Below, in pieces: positions 63,352 to 64,000 of a stretch of DNA of 64,000 bases; position 1 is the stretch's first letter, and every line of letters begins with the position of its first letter. The position numbers and the translations under genes are program-made. The stretch covers positions 1 to 64,000 of the forward strand of contig CAVUXE010000097.1 of assembly GCA_963745235.1 (NCBI GenBank), read 5' to 3'. Under the pieces are notes generated by a model. It saw only the letters and a list, made by a program, of their open reading frames with translations. It was not told the origin of the DNA and made no database searches. This DNA comes from an uncultured Spirochaetota bacterium. GTDB lineage: Bacteria; Spirochaetota; Spirochaetia; SZUA-6; Fen-1364.

Positions 63352-64000
63352 GTGGACCTGCTCCTCGAGATGAAAGGCAACTCGCTGCGCGTGGCCGGCC
63401 AAAACGTTATGACGGAGGTTTCCTTCCTTTCGCAGGGTTCAGGGCCCGGCTCCCCGCAACCCCTCCAGTACCAGGGCATCCAGGCCGCGGGAGCCGGCTC
63501 GGTGCTGGGAAGCATTGCCGGGAGCCAGGGAGGGGCCGTTTTTCGACTCACCGACGCCTGGGAAAAAGTCGATCTCGGCGTGCGGCTCACGAGGCGCATC
63601 GAGCTCTCCGGGGGTCCTGCGACGGGCATCAACGCCCGGATCACCTTTCGGCTCGGTCCGGGGAGGTGGAAGTTCTTCATCCCCGCCGCCTGCTACGATT
63701 CCTGCCCGAACGAGCGGGATTCCGGCTATGCCCTCGTGTCCGAGGAGCGCACCTCCGCGCCCCTGGTCATGGCATACGACGAAGAGTCCGGTGACGCCGT
63801 CGTGCTCATCCGGCTGACTCCAGCGAAGTCGAGCATGCCTCGGGCACGTGCACACGGGGAAACCGCATTCCTTCACACAACGCAGCTTGGCGGGATCGGG
63901 TACGCTCGGGCTGTCCCCCGGGGCCCGGCGCTCATGGCCTGCCTTCCCTATGCGGAGGCGCCTTCCAGCCGCATGCTTGGGAAGTCCTTGCAGGGTTTCA
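63352..64000 (+). CDS. Hypothetical protein, truncated by the window edge
   Basis: GGGAG RBS and GTG start; open frame VDLLLEMKG..EERTSAPLV..LPYAEAP runs to the end of the window. Confidence 0.6.
   Translation, partial: MDLLLEMKGNSLRVAGQNVMTEVSFLSQGSGPGSPQPLQYQGIQAAGAGSVLGSIAGSQGGAVFRLTDAWEKVDLGVRLTRRIELSGGPATGINARITFRLGPGRWKFFIPAACYDSCPNERDSGYALVSEERTSAPLVMAYDEESGDAVVLIRLTPAKSSMPRARAHGETAFLHTTQLGGIGYARAVPRGPALMACLPYAEAPSSRMLGKSLQGF

Overview
GC-rich bacterial DNA, probably from a free-living anaerobic spirochaete (Spirochaetia). This is inferred from CheX, FAxGxxE-type solute-binding protein leaders and a Borrelia-like mevalonate gene set. About 60 genes are present; roughly 15 are split by single-base indels that look like long-read assembly errors. 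Layout: (1) 0.2-10.3 kb, a minus-strand sugar catabolism operon led by a GntR regulator. (2) 10.5-19.7 kb, a divergent plus-strand operon (sugar dehydrogenases, FGGY kinase, cupin PGI, aldehyde:ferredoxin oxidoreductase, MoaD, Eda) that ends in the mercury-methylation pair hgcA-hgcB, with a convergent arsC. (3) 20.2-38.9 kb, a sigma-54-driven chemosensory and second-messenger cluster with no chemoreceptor: cheY, cheX, a probable CheA-CheC fusion, cheD, cheR, cheB, ComFB, HD-GYP, cheW, a HEAT-repeat adenylate cyclase and three hybrid kinases, plus an adjacent enhancer-binding protein and candidate enhancer sites. (4) 39-44 kb, mixed genes including an orphan HipA/PI3K-like kinase with a structured leader and an orphan DNA methyltransferase. 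(5) 44.4-53.4 kb, an aldolase and sugar kinase plus a six-gene mevalonate pathway, with a sigma-54 promoter before HMG-CoA synthase. (6) 53.8-64 kb, two sugar ABC transporters and dehydrogenases. No rRNA, tRNA, CRISPR array or transposase was seen. All calls come from motif recognition by eye; no database searches were run.
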